NCBI GenBank assembly: GCA_051294905.1
Contig: CM119373.1
Span: 9,176,001 to 9,240,000, forward strand
Reading direction: 5' to 3'
Origin: Botryllus schlosseri
Lineage: Eukaryota
Length of the DNA: 64,000 nt
In this document: positions 1-13,282 of the stretch, in pieces
Numbering within the stretch: position 1 is the stretch's first letter
Layout: every line of letters starts with the position of its first letter
Translations under genes and position numbers: made by a program
The notes under the pieces: model-generated
The model's input: the letters and a program-made list of their open reading frames with translations, nothing else
Database searches by the model: none
Told to the model about the DNA's origin: nothing

Positions 1-127
1 CTATAAAAACCAATAATAAATATATATAAATATATACAAGCAAAAACTATAAAAACCAATAATAAATATATATAAATATATACGAATACAGTAGCATATA
101 AATATAGCCTAAGTGAGAATTAAATCG

Positions 128-1215
128 TTATAAACTAATAGGCCCAACTTGAAAGTAGTTCTCAATAAAGGTGTTTCTGACTGCCCTTCCGGACAGAGTA
201 TCGTCTTGTGAAGGAGGAGTTGTGATGTTGACGTCATAAACACTCGGCTCCAAGTCCTCGTCTTCGGGCAGGGGTTGCTTCAAGGCAAGGGGTTGCTTCA
301 AGGCAACTGCTACGTTATGTAAGCACGCAATTGATATTATTATTGAGACGCTGCTTTGCAATTTTGTTCTCAGTGGGATTCGGAGAACACGGAATCTTTG
401 TTTCATCACTCCGAAACATTGTTCAATTCTTGCGCGAGTCGCAATGTAAGCGCGATTATATTTTTTCTCCCGTTCCGTTGTCGGGTTGATTATTGGAGTT
501 GGTAAATGTTTTAGTAGCGGGTAGCCATTGTCTCCCAACAGAATTCCATCAATTTTTCCATCATCAAAATCGTCGGCCAGCCTTGAATTCCGGAAAATCC
601 TGGAATCGTAGCACGAGCCCGGCCCGCGCACGACAATATTCATTATTTTCTGGTCCGCATTGCATACGACTTTCACGTTAACCGACATGAAACCCTTTCG
701 GTTGTGGAACGTTTTGGCGTTATCGCCAACGAGAGAGACTTTGGCGATATGCGTGCAGTCGATTGCCGCAACCACTTCCGGGAACTTTTTACTATATAAA
801 ATTGAGATTTTAATGTTGCAGTGTTATGCATTGAGTGCATGAAACTAATTTTATGCTTAGATATCGCGTACGCCACACGGTGAACACTTCTGCGCGCAGT
901 GTGGCGAGAGACGCCAGCAAGGTCTCCATCTGTGACTTGGAAATGACCGGTGGTAAAAAAACGCAATGCTATTGTCAGTTGCAGCAGAGGATGTCGGGCA
1001 TGACTCCTGGCTTGAAAAATCTCGTCACCTTGTATTGTATTAAATATTTCAATAACTGCGTTTTTGTATAATCTATATCTTTTAATAAATTCTTTGTCGT
1101 CGTATTTTTCAAACGGATTCTTTACATCCCTCAGCCGTCTGCGAGGAATGGCTACAGATTGGAAAATTTCAAGTTCCTCTATCAAATCAGTCATTTCTTC
1201 GACTGTTATTCGCAA
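128..1215 (-). pseudogene. PIF/Harbinger DDE transposase (HARBI1-like), family A, one frameshift near 780
   Basis: ORF 673-1215 gives the N-terminal HTH part (NPFEKYDDKEFIKRYRL; LLQLTIALRFFTTG). ORF 128-775 gives the catalytic part (AAIDCTHI; GDNGYP; RIEQCFGVMKQRF). The frames are offset just before F-P-x-V-V-A-A-I-D. Confidence 0.9.
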
Positions 1216-1339
1216 AATGGTCGATATTTCGGTTTTGGGACGACAACAATCAAAACCTACGCCGTTACCTTAGCGACGACTTTGGATCATGACGTCATTT
1301 AGATAAAAATAAATCTGGCAACCTATTTCGGGATTTTTA

Positions 1340-1604
1340 CATATCGTCGCAGTGGAATCAAAGTATCTTATGTCCATTTTACACATTTTGGGAAAATTAA
1401 CTTTGAGTGAAGTTTTCATCTTCTTTCAGTCATGTATTGGCCCCGATTAACTTTGATACACTGAGACAGACGTAAGCATGGCTAAGAAATGACCGAAAGA
1501 TATACAAAACTTTCAGAAAAGTCGATTTTTTTCAAGTTTAAAGAAGGGAGCTTCAAAATTTGAAAACTGGACATAAGATACTTCGATTCCACTGCGACGA
1601 TATG
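1340..1604. mobile_element. MITE with ~40-bp terminal inverted repeats
   Basis: Left CATATCGTCGCAGTGGAATCAAAGTATCTTATGTCCA; right end reverse complement CATATCGTCGCAGTGGAATCGAAGTATCTTATGTCCA. No clear TSD. Confidence 0.85.
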
Positions 1605-2469
1605 GGGTTGAGTGTCAAGCTCCACTCAGTTAAGTTGAGTGTGAGGAAACTTTAAGATCTCGAAGTTAAGTTTGAGGAACAGGCGTGACTCAGTCGAGTG
1701 ACAGCAGACACTTAAGTTGAGGAAACCACCCGTAGTCATTAAAAACTTGTGTAACCGCAGAAATTTCTGGCCTAATCTGGGTACACGACGTAGCACTGTT
1801 AGCTGTCTTCGCTCCGGTTGAAACTCAAACACGGGTCTTCTTGGGTGAAGTACGGTTTTTAATGATCCAAATTCCCAGCGTTTATACAACTGACCAAATA
1901 ATTTATAACACAATCCAAATTCCTAATACAAACAAATACTACGAATTAAATAACAAACTACAATGATACGCCCATAAACTAAACTATTTGAGTCAAACTA
2001 TAATATGCGACCAACATCATGCAGTGCGCCACGTGAAGTGATGGATTCGAGGCGACAATACCATCATTCATGCGTCATAAAAAGAATCATTGGTCCATAG
2101 CGAAGGTAGAATTCTGCGACAACAGATAGTAGTAAATGGACGATTCTCACCGCTTTAGCGCCCCCTATGGACGGATGGCGGTCATAATTTTGCCTCCATA
2201 AGGCTACCATTGTGTGCAGAAATATTGCAGTTGTTTTTCCTTTATGGCGACTCGTTACTGCGAATGCATGAGTTGTTAGTTATTGCAACACTACTAATGC
2301 CTGATTTCATGTCATTGCTAGCGAAATCCAGACCCTACTTCTTCATTATAGCTGTTTGAGAAGCCTTTAGCGTGTGACTGTATTTTTGCTTTAACTGAAC
2401 TGCTGCTGACTGAGTCTTTTGATGTCACTAGTAACAGTAACAATTTACACAGCAATGTATGGAGCTTGT

Positions 2470-3360
2470 ATTTTCTGAGTTGTTGACGGGTCTACCAGAG
2501 TTCAGTTTTGCCGACGTAGACAGGATTGTCAGTGAATCGAGAGGTAATGGAAATAGCAAAGGCTGAATCTTACATAAGAGATTTTAGAGGCATGTTGTAA
2601 TTTATACTAGCAGAGGTCCTTGGTAGATTTATTCAAGCACTCAAATTAGGCTCCTAACTGGCTTTGAGAATTAGACTTCGTGACTTTGCAAGTATCATCA
2701 GAGATCCTGATGAGTTTGAGCATGTCAGTATCAGAACAGTGTTGTTGGGGTCAATGCTTGATATTGCATATTGTCAAAACAAAAAATTGTGCTGGAAACT
2801 AAAATCAAATAACTTGTCAGCAAATTGTTTAGTAATAAACAAATACGAAGCTTTACAATATAACTACAAATTGCTGTCCTTGCAATGTTTCCAGTTGCAC
2901 TGCCCCAGTCCGATGATTGTCGAGTGCACCATATACTGCTGCAGTATTTCATGTTCCAGGTGCAGATGTGCCTCATCGACCAGCCACAACGCCACGGACC
3001 ATCGATGATCGACAAGGATCAGCCATGGAAGGAAAGGAGAAGAGTTGATTGGTTTGCTCAGAAGTTACCCTGAACATGAGACTTCTCATATCACTGAGAG
3101 CTCAAAGTGACAATGGCCTCTGTAACGAAAAAGTCACCTTAATTTTATACTTGCTCGCTCACGCATTGAAAGAGAGAGTTCAGTTCTCTGGAGCAAGGGT
3201 TTGAAGGAGCACACTGCACATACCGACTTGAGAACGAATGCAATACACGCTTCATGAAGAGATTTACTTGTTCCGTCGGAAGATGACATAATCTCACTGG
3301 AAACAGCAACTGAAAGCTTACGAACGCTGTCCATTAATGCTGTAGAATGCATACAAATGT
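2470..3360 (+). pseudogene. Decayed second gene of an ISL2EU-type element (SWIM / YqaJ-type accessory protein)
   Basis: Broken frames give LPEFSFADVDRIVSES, ESYIRDF and ATESLRTLSINAVECIQ, which resemble the N-terminal part of these accessory proteins. It is convergent with the THAP transposase. Similarity judged by eye only. Confidence 0.35.
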
Positions 3361-3441
3361 ACTAAATGCCCATATACGACTGGTAAATAGGCTATATTAG
3401 CCTAAATATAAGAGTAGTCCACAAATATACGGTAATAATGT

Positions 3442-3509
3442 TCTGCGGCCCGCAGCGGTTTTTGCTGTTATGATGCGGCCCGTTATGCAAGGAAAGTTGA
3501 GAACCCCTG
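3442..3509. mobile_element. hAT (Charlie-like) MITE right-end fragment
   Basis: GCGGCCCG subterminal motifs and terminus AAGTTGAGAACCCCTG (reverse complement CAGGGGTTCTCAACTT). Confidence 0.55.
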
Positions 3510-3654
3510 AGCTAGATTGTCATGGACACCTTGCTCATTTGCGGGATATGAAAGCGTCATGGCGACCGGGAGATCTTTCATTTAAACTGGGTTTAAACTT
3601 AGTTCTCCACGGTGGACACATCCACCAAGCCGCTAGCTAACTCCCAGTTGTGTC

Positions 3655-3904
3655 CAGAGGTGGTCAGTAACGAAGTACTCCTACTTCTTGAAGTACTTGA
3701 AGTAGATTTTTCCTACTCACACTACTTTTTAAGTAGTTATGATTCTAGACTACTTCTACTTGACAGTTTTCAGTTTTGTAGGCAAAATAAACGTAGAATA
3801 CCTACTTACTTACTTACTTGTGAGCCACCACTCCTACTACTTGAGTAGAAATTCCGGCATTACTTCTACTTGAGTAGCGACGGTGACTACTTTGACCACC
3901 TCCG
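3655..3904. mobile_element. hAT MITE, 250 bp
   Basis: TIRs CAGAGGTGGTCA / CGGAGGTGGTCA; perfect 8-bp TSD GTTGTGTC (3647-3654, 3905-3912); internal CTACTT/GAGTAG repeats. Confidence 0.92.
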
Positions 3905-4079
3905 GTTGTGTCCCGGATAGCTTTGTGCATAACTGGCTAGCTCCTAGCAAATAGCGGACAAATTGTCAATATATCTGATAATTTGTCAATATACAATACC
4001 CAACAGAACTGTTGAATGTTATTTCTATGTTTATTGAGCAGATAAAAAATGAATGGGTGAGCAATGTAAAGCAGACTTG

Positions 4080-6360
4080 ACTTGTGTGTATGTAGCCACT
4101 ATGACCATGTGGCGTGATACCAATCAAGCATTTACAAGTTACATAGTTCTTATAGTAATAAAAAAGTTCACTCTGAAGAAACAAGCATGATGGTGTCTGC
4201 ACTCGTTATTCACAGTGTCAGTCTATTATTAGCATGTGTGCTACTATAATTTCCTCATCTGAAGGATCGGGCATATGTTCTCTAATTTTCTCTCTACTCA
4301 CTCAAATTGCCGATTTCCCAAGAGTAAAATCTGAAAAATTTGCCCAAGTTATCGATAACCTTCTAACAGATGCAGTGGACAAGTTGAATCGAACACCAAG
4401 GTGAAACTCCAAAGCCTTGGTGAATCCGACAAAGAAATAAAAACAGTTCGTCTTGCAACTTGACAAAGTTTTGAATTTGCCTTTACATTGAAATTCTTCA
4501 ATATACCACTTCTGACATCATTTTTAACAGCTAATCAAAGTGGAACAGTTGCAGCTGTTGATGAGACTATATCAAAAAACTTCAAAACCAATCCGTAACT
4601 TGAAAATCCAGAGTAATACAGAAACATATATCATCAGATGCCTTGAATCGTGCACAAAATCAGCTTCTCCAGCTCGCTACTTGAATCCCGAATTATTCCC
4701 TTTGCTTTAGATGACTTTTCGAAGAGGGGAAAATCTTCTTCACAATATGTGTGATCCAGCAATGGCTGTTGTAGATATGAAATCTGATTGTTGCTACTTG
4801 GACCAGGAATTTCTTCTGGAGTATGATGTCCACTACAAATACAGTTAGATGCATTAATAACATGCCGACAGAAATGAAAACAGTCATGGTTATGGTATAT
4901 TTACGATCAACTAAAAATAGCAGTTATTCAAGTACATCTACGTTTTTCAAGTAATTAGTACCTTTTACTAAATAATTAATGTTGGTGGCATAACCAATTG
5001 CAGAAAATAATTTAAAGTAAACAATCACAAATGAGCCGAATTGGATAAAATGTCTGTCAGCTTGCCACACACTAATATCACTAATAATGTTCGGTCATAA
5101 TGTTTGTCGCAGTTCAAGTGATACAACAGCTTGGGATTGAGCTCTGGATTTTGCTGCACTAATCATAATAACCAGTAATACTTTTACGCGATTCTAGAAT
5201 GGCCAAGCACTCCTTGGAATTTTTCAATGAGTTGTGCAAGTTATATTTTTGGCTGCAATGCACTCTACATATTGTTCGAAAGGCAGTATCAAGTAGTGAT
5301 TGGACTCTCCATTCCAACCAATTGATATATGTGCCGAGTTCGCGAAATGTACCAGTCATTGTTAAGAATTGAAAGTAATTTGTAGCATCATATCATGTCA
5401 GTTTACATTGATCTCACCTCTGATGCATGTGCAACACCCTTCTTGATGGTGACGACTTCATCCACTTGAATATCCCAGGAACTGCTCCAATTTTCGAATA
5501 GTGACGTCTGCAAGACAAAATCCTCGTCATTAAAATGTTCCCTTCAAGCACGTGTATTTCCAGTTATCTAGACAAAAGTCAATAGCAATGTTATCACAGG
5601 GTTGTAAATGTAATGACTCGACTAGAGTCAGACCCGAGTCACGACTTTCTGATGACTCGACTTGACTCGAGTCATTTTCTGAAAATACGGAAATGATTCG
5701 ACTCGACTAGAGTCAATTTGTGTATTGACTCGACTTAGACTCGAGTCACTGCGCATTACTCGAACCAACTCATATGACTCGAGACTCGGACGGCCAAGGC
5801 CAACATTTCATGTTAATTTCGAAGAATAGTAAAGTAACCACACGATTGGGATTTGGTTCTGATACTTGAAAATGTGACCAGAAATTGCTAAATGTGAGTA
5901 AAATTAGTATATTATAAATGCAAACCATTAGATATCACTAAACAGAGTTAAAAAGTGGGTTTAACGAGACTTTAACTGGAAACTGAACAGTCAAAATAAT
6001 GACTTGAACTCGGACTCGAGTCATAATACCATGACTCGGACTCGACCCTCTGCTCTATAACTTGGACTGGGACTTGACTCGGTGAATTGAAAATGACTCA
6101 ACTTGACTCGAGCCAAAACTATAAAATGGAGATTGACTTGTGACTCGGAGCCTTGTGCCATGGTTACAACCCTGCGTTATCACAAAAGAAAAGGAGAGAG
6201 TATAATCTGATTGAAACACTTATGGTAATTTACTCACTTAAAAATTCGGCCCGACTTCACGTCAAATTTTTTATATCCATTTCTTCCGGGGAAAAGATAG
6301 ATTCATGGTCTTTCTTGAGTTGAGTCGTTGTTGCATTTGAGAACCACAACAATGATAGTG
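4080..6360 (-). pseudogene. Intron-containing THAP + DDE_Tnp_4 transposase (ISL2EU/Harbinger-related), decayed and 3'-truncated
   Basis: THAP pieces HCC..RKKWI*KI*REVGPNF | ITGNTR..EHFNDEDF..GAVPGIFKW, joined by GT-AG intron 6237-5568. Linker LLDHTYC, then DELFLFL..ITWANF..SREKIREHMP, then QTPSCLFLQSELFYYYKNYVTCKCLIGITPHG. Confidence 0.75.
5597..6174. mobile_element. hAT MITE with GACTCGA subterminal repeats, inside the THAP intron
   Basis: TIR CAGGGTTGTAA at both ends; 8-bp TSD TGTTATCA / CGTTATCA (7/8 match). Confidence 0.9.
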
Positions 6361-8519
6361 TGATCTTCCTGTCACAGTCCACGATCCCGCATCTCCATTC
6401 ATGTCTGTTATCTCACAGTCACAGGCAATATAATAGGTTGTTTACTGTAAAAGTTCTTTGCAAGAAACCAACATGTCCATACGGTATCAAACATAAACTG
6501 TATTACACGAATAAATTAAATTAACTAATTCTAATTACGTAAATACACGACCAGCTATTTACAAATATATGTGCACTATATCTTAGGAGAGGTTAAGTTG
6601 ATATGCCACGTTCTCGGCTTCTCGTTCTCGTGAGTAACGAGTTGTCACAACACAAACCAGTACCGAAAGACTTCGTAAAACGACTGAAAATAGGCAGTTT
6701 TTCGCTCAAAAAGATTCCATGCTAATACTGAACGTGTTATTTATCTTAATTTAGCATCGATACCCTGAACAGCATCAAATCGACAACCCACGGAGATAAA
6801 TAACGAAACCAACTCCAAAACTGCCATCTGCGCGCATGAAGCACGATTCACCGGCCGCCATCCGTTGACCATAATGGCGGCGCTCGTGAGCAAAAATGAA
6901 AATCGTGCATACCATCATCACATGCAGACTCCCATTTGCAGGTTACTGTAACGCAAATTTTATCCCTTCATGGGTTAATAAAGTATGGACAGCAAAAAGT
7001 ATAATTTTGGGTCGACACGGTGCCAGAGTTATCTATTAATATTTATGTAACATTAGTTGAATTTATTGCAAAATCCTGCGATAGTTTTTTACACATTCAA
7101 GGTCAAGGTGTTGGGTACTGGAGCGAATAAGCGAGACACGCAGAAAATATGGCGTTATCATGAGAATTCATGATAAGATTTGCCCGACTGGCTTTCCTGG
7201 AAAACATGGTCGTACATATTTATCACGTAACTAAACGCCTGGATTGTAATTGGCGTAGAGACGAGTCTTTGGCCGGCTGGGTATTTAACTTCAAGTTAAC
7301 TATCTGCTTTCTTTCACCTAATAGTCGTAAATAACGCGGAGTTTAAAAGGGTCAGAATATGCAACTACAGGTCACATTACTTTGGTAAGTTTAAAATTCG
7401 GCTGCGTGTCGTTATGTTAACTTTACTGCATCTCTCTGGTATCGAGTTACCGTATGTTAACGATTATGCAATTTGACTCCTTAATTTCCTGAATTTGCAT
7501 CGCATATCAAGCGTTAACCGTCAGTTTGAAATATGTGGTTGCCGCGAATCACTGGCTACAGCTGGCGAATTCATAATCCGCTTTAATTAAAATGGCCGAC
7601 AATTCATTCCTCTGGTCATTTTTGGTTGTTCCTAGCAATTATCTTCGGTACACGTATACTACATTAATACCTTCAAGTTCAGATTATTCCACCCTACATT
7701 TCCACCATTTTTTCTACGTTTACACGCCGAATTTTATTGGTGTTAAGTTCACCTGTTCCATATATACGATCAAGTGAACTTTTATCAAATTTATGCTTCG
7801 TCATTATTCACTACTATTCTCTCGAATTTCATTCAGTGTTCTCCGTGTAGGATAGGATATTAGGTATACTTGTACCAGATATTAGAATGTCAGCAACTTT
7901 TTACGGTCATAGTTACTGCCACATTAACTAATTTATCCGGCCAACTCGCCATGATCATTCCTGAAATCAACACAAACGCGGCCACTGACTTGAGATAACC
8001 ACAAAATAGCATCAAGTTTTAAATCCACTTGTAGTTTACGGATTATTTGGATTCATCGATAGAGAATATTGTTGAACTCGTGAGTATTCTATTTCAATGA
8101 ACTTTCGTTTTTTATACCGACTGTGAAAGTTAATATGGAATCGTAAGACTTGAAACAAATCACGTATTTGTTTGATGATAACACAGACATGACAAAAAAC
8201 ATTACCGAGATTTTATAAACTAGTCATATTACTCTACACATCTACCAATATCAGACTGCAAGTCGTCAAACTTTTTGTTTAAAGTAACATTTCACTTTTG
8301 GAATCGGATTCGTTATAGTCATACAAATTGTACTAAACCCAACATCAAAACAAAAGAACTTTTTAGTTGATTAAAATCAAATCATTCGACTTGGGCTTTT
8401 TTAGATTGCACGCGACAATTCGTAACGAATGAGTTGTAACCAAAGTTAAGATATCTTTGTGTCCACTGGTATAGAGGATGAATCAAGCTAACACAGTCAC
8501 GAATCGACGTTTCTGAGTA

Positions 8520-9130
8520 TTTCACGGATGTAATAAACTTGATAGTGTCGCCTATCTAAAAGTATGCATGCGTTTGATTTCCATACCGACTGTTGCGATG
8601 TTTGGGATTCACTTACAATGACCGAGGGTGAGGACTTAACATCAGCAATGTGGTTACTGTCGGAATTGGAAACAGATAATTGAATACATTACACAGTGTG
8701 AAAATATCTCTTTGATATCAAAGCACTATCCCAAGTACACGAACACTTTCTATGGAACGTGCTAAATGTAAAATATCGCGAGGTTACACTCTAAGACTTT
8801 GATCATTACAAAAGTAAATTGGGATATGTTTGCTAGACGCATCCAATTCAACTAGAAGTGTCTAGTGCACAACACTCGTAATATCAAGGAAGTACTTGCT
8901 ACACTGTAATTCGCTAAACGTGTTTTGCATTGTTGTTCATTTGCAGTATTGATTGAAATTGTTCTTGAACCCTCAAATAATAATTCCCGACATGAAACCA
9001 AGCTGCTGCAAGTCGTTACCATCACAAAGAAACACTTCAAATTTTTTGTTATTTATTTTTATATATTAAATAGAAACTTTCTTCTTCTGTAGCAATGCGG
9101 CTACTGGTTGGAATTGAACCAAAGTTGGTG
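8520..9130 (+). pseudogene. Heavily decayed hAT (Charlie/Buster-like) transposase C-terminal remnant
   Basis: Fragments VAYL, FPT*NQAAAS and AMRLLVGIEPKL resemble the hAT C-terminus. Many stops. Confidence 0.3.
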
Positions 9131-9289
9131 TGTTGGCTTAAATTAGGTAACCTAACAATTTTATCAAGTAGCCAGTGCGATTTGAGAAAAAACGGCATTT
9201 TTAAAGAGCCAACGAATTCACGTCTAGATACAAGCTGGTAGAGAATCAACAGATAAACGTTTATGTAGAGGTGCAGTTTTGCTTTCACA

Positions 9290-9480
9290 TTATCAGGTGG
9301 TTGACCAGAAAAAGGTCAACTTTCCTGCTCAGCTCCCGAAATAGTCGCCGGAGCGTTACTTTAGTGCTGATTTACTTTTATCTTCGTCGAATTTTCCTTA
9401 CATTTACCAAAAATTCTCAAAAATGAGGACAAAATCTCAAAAAGGAGGATACTTCTTAAAATTGTTAGATTTTCTAAAAT
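9290..9480. repeat. Internal fragment of the AAAAGAGGAC hAT MITE family
   Basis: CAGGTGGTTGACCAGAAAAAGGTCAAC and AAAATGAGGACAAAATCTCAAAAAGGAGGA match the interior of the copies at 35114 and 35639. Confidence 0.55.
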
Positions 9481-9489
9481 AACTTAAGG

Positions 9490-9770
9490 CTCAATTCCAA
9501 CCAGTAGAAAGCAATGCTAAGAGAAAATATTTTGGATTAATTACAAATAGAGACTTTCGAATTTTACCAGCTACCTCATGATATTGTTAGATTGTGTATA
9601 AATATGATTCATAGCAAATTTGGCTCAATTGAAAAGCATTTTTGAACCACACTGAAGAGTATTAGATACTCATCCATTCTATTCGCCCAAAAATGCAACG
9701 AATCATGGCCTTCAAATCTACACATGAGCTTATCAGTCCCTTCCAAGTAGGCTACTTGACCATCTGAGTC
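9490..9770 (-). pseudogene. hAT transposase dimerisation-domain remnant
   Basis: DKLMCRFEGHDSLHFWANRMDEYLILFSVVQKCF followed by LLVGIEP, the same motif as the plus-strand remnant near 9100. Confidence 0.45.
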
Positions 9771-10849
9771 GTTTCATTGGCTCTAATTAAACTTTGATTC
9801 GATTGTTTGCTTGTATAATTGAAAAGTCTTGAGTACTTTGATTGCGGAGGATCTATCACCTCTTCATCACTGGATGATTTTGTACAATGCATTGCTACTA
9901 TGTACCATTGTCTTTTGTTGTTTCCGGCGGCATATCTGATATCAGACGAGTGCAACGAAAGCAGTGGTGACAAATAGCGATGTCGACCGAATTCGTCACA
10001 TGCGTAGATCTAACCATTGTGAGAACCAATAGGCATGAAAACGACTTAAAGCGCATCTTCAATGAAATCGATCGTTACATGTAATTCAGTAACAAAACCC
10101 CGGGCATCTTATTGACTCACATCCACGAACGAACAGGCCCTGCTGCGAGCGGGATTTGTTCTGGTCGACTTGAACCACTAAAATCGTAGTGTCGTCGACC
10201 GAAGCGAGCGGACGACTTAGCTCTCGCGCGGTAACTCTCCTGAAATACGACAGTCGTGTCCCTGACACCATTCCTATGCCGATTATCGTCGCTGCCAAGC
10301 AATTGCGGATATTTTCTTTTGTGATCGGTCGAGTAAGGTCACCATCGAACGCTTCGGAGTTCATCATTTCAAACGATGACTTTTTAAAATTGTTCCTGTA
10401 AGCGTTCCCACCTACGCTGAAACCGTCACGTATTTTATCGAGCCGTGCGGTTCGCCAGTGCCCCGACACATAAGCTTGGCTTATCGATCGCGTGCAAATA
10501 GAACACCGCGATCGTGAGTGATGTCGCTTCGTCGGTACTGAGTAACGTGCAGACCTGAAAAAGTATCAATCGTTTGATCCTGATCACGTTAATTGTACCA
10601 TTTACAATCCTACTCTTTTGCGATTTGAACTTCCGTCAGCTTGTGTACGACGGTTCGCAGGTGTCGAGATAAATGTCCCTTAGTCCATTTTTGGCAAATG
10701 CGGCACCTGTATTTTCATACGCGCTTTACCGGGCGAATCTTTATAGGACTGCTCGCGATGCGTGATAATATTAGCGGAGTTGTATGTGACAAATGACGAG
10801 AGACTCACCTGATCGCTTCGACATTCGCCGTGTCCATATCGCTTATCAC

Positions 10850-11668
10850 TAGGGCAATTTTTTTTGACATGTCAAAAAAAGTCAAAACTGTAGCGTTAGG
10901 TCAAAATTTGTCAAAATTGTTCACAAAGTCAAACATTTTTTGACCTCAGCATTTCGTTTGTATCGTAGATTTTGCGCTGTCGGTGAACTTATCATTTGAT
11001 ATTTTACAGCTTGTAGCCTATTTTATAGGCCTACCGTTGTAAACGGACCATCGTCTGTTCATTGTGAATCATAAATGGTCAAATGAAACAAATAGTGACA
11101 TGGTTTTATGGTCAACGTACCGCAATATCCTAGCTGAAGCAAGACTGCTTGGACATTGCATGGTTCTTATATCAAGAAGCGCAAGCTGAAAAATTGTGAT
11201 ATAGACAACATTGTCAGAATGAAGCAACACGGTTTGTCACCAGCAGTGTGCACACAACTTAAGTGTTGTCAGCCAACAAATGCTGCTGTTGAACGTTCTT
11301 TCTCCGTTCTTGGCAAGCTACGTAGTAAGGACAGACACTTTCTACCCGAGAATGTAGGAAAGGATCTTTCGTTGTACTACAACAAATTTTAATTATTTCC
11401 ACCAGAATACGTAATGTAACTACTGGAATTCTTCACAGGGCCAGATTTCGTTAAAATACTAGTTTTTCATGTAAAAATCTGTCAGTTTTTGAGCCAAAAA
11501 CGTTTTTTCAGGCCAATCTACTTTGTAACGACAGACAGTTCCAACCAGAAATGAAGATAAGTAGTACAATTTTAACATTATATGCTAAAATACCTAATTT
11601 GCATAAGCGAGGTCAAAATTTGGTCAAATTTCCGTTTTTTTAGGTCAAAAAAGGTCAAAATTGCCCTA
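10850..11668 (+). mobile_element. hAT internal-deletion derivative, 819 bp
   Basis: TIR TAGGGCAATTTT; perfect 8-bp TSD CTTATCAC (10842-10849, 11669-11676); GGTCAAAA subterminal repeats. Confidence 0.93.
11156..11392 (+). pseudogene. hAT transposase C-terminal dimerisation domain (remnant, frame open for 78 aa)
   Basis: QPTNAAVERSFSVLGKLRSKDRHFLPENV matches the hAT xERxFS motif. Confidence 0.75.
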
Positions 11669-11739
11669 CTTATCACCGAATCGCCGATTTGATGCGAGAG
11701 AATCGTACTAGCGCAGCGTTACACGCCAAGGTTCACCAC

Positions 11740-12989
11740 CAGAGATGGCCACAGTCCGGTTCAGGAGCCGGAGCCGGAGCAGGATTTTGATGAATTTTAC
11801 TGAGGCCGGATCGGAGCCGGATTCTGAAACTGCCATGTGAGCCGGATTTAAACAGGATTTGATATTCATAACAAATATTGGGTGATAAAGGTTCATATCT
11901 TTTATTCAATGAAAAAAGCTGCTTCGATATTATTTCCGTAGTTAAATGCATTCATTGCTATGGATCAAGCCCAGGCTGGTTCCGACAATAAATGACAACG
12001 TTGAAACCGCTGATACCAGTCACGTCGTTGAAATGCGTAAGCAACATAAGTAAAGTTTCTGCAATGATGAGATTACTGCTGGATGAGATGAGGACGAAGG
12101 CAGGCTCCAGCAAGCGAGCTGCAGAAGTGTTTGTTTTCGAATTCAGTTGTTCCTCAGACATTGATTCTTATACTTCCTGTTCATCAGCCATTAGGGTACT
12201 TGATATCAGTTGACAGGATGACAGAAAAGCGAGGTATCGGTATTGTTGCAGAATGCAGAGGTAACTGGTGGTTCTGATTTCTGATGTCATTTGGAATGAT
12301 TGTGTGGTGTGGTAATGTATGAATATATGCTGGCATGGTCAATTGGTCGTGTTTATGATTTCGGAAACACACTAGAAATGAAGTACCACCGGTACTCTAT
12401 GATTGATTGTGCACATCATCATGCTGATTATATAATATTATATATATTTCCTAATCATTGCTGCTCTATCAAGTGATCATTTTGATTGATTCATCCATTT
12501 TGTTTGATACATGTCTGTTCTGTGAAAATTTAGTTCCATTCTTCAGTAGTAGGCCCTACTCTAGGCCTAGTTGTCTTGGCCAAGTCACAATGCACAATAT
12601 CTGATTTTGTTGTTGGCATCATGGCATGCCTAGGTTACTATGTTTACCCTCTCCGTAAAGCAACTAATATTGCTTTCTCTGTTCTCACAGTCTTTTTTGC
12701 TCATTTCCCCTGCATAGTTCCTACTACTGGCATTTATATTCAAGATATATACCGTACCTAACATTATTGATTCGAAATGTGATATAAATAAACCCTTGTA
12801 AGGCATTACTTGACACTAATTTGTTGATTATAATGTTCATATCTGTTTTGCAGGCTATATTTAATGTGAAATAGCACTAAAGCAATAGCAGGATTTTTTC
12901 GGATCCTAATTTTGTTGCTCAACTGTCGGACTCCGAAATCCTATTCGACTGTTTACGGATTCCCAAAATCTGGAATCCGCCCATCTCTG
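11740..12989 (-). mobile_element. Non-autonomous hAT element, 1250 bp, with decayed transposase C-terminus
   Basis: TIRs CAGAGATGGCC / CAGAGATGGGC; perfect 8-bp TSD TTCACCAC (11732-11739, 12990-12997); GGAGCC/CCGGAT subterminal repeats. Confidence 0.9.
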
Positions 12990-13282
12990 TTCACCACTAA
13001 ATGCGCGCCGCTACGCAAATAAAGGGCCGAGGCCAATTCCTCTCCTTAACAAAGCAGTCCTTAAGTGCGATTCTCTACTCAACTAAGTGCAGATCGATAC
13101 TCAATCTTAAGTGCGCGTCAATTCTTGTCACTTAGTTGAGTAACGATTTTCAGACGTCATTTTCGAGAATCGTGTTGCCAGATTTTATTTACTCCGAACC
13201 TGATATGCTTGATTGGTTTCGTCATGACAACAGGAGGCTGTCGTCCGAAAATCGCCACCACAGCGTATGGTGGGCTACACAC

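Larger units (their letters stand above)
1..1731 (-). mobile_element. Harbinger family A element; 5' end tentatively at 1731, other end outside the window
   Basis: Contains the transposase pseudogene. 1620-1731 has repeated AAGTTGAG/GAGGAA motifs ending in a TIR-like GGGTGGTTTCCTC on the minus strand. No partner TIR is available to confirm it. Confidence 0.4.

Noticed and set aside
10086-10469. 127-aa minus-strand ORF
   Set aside because: No recognisable motif or splice context; cannot be supported as a gene.
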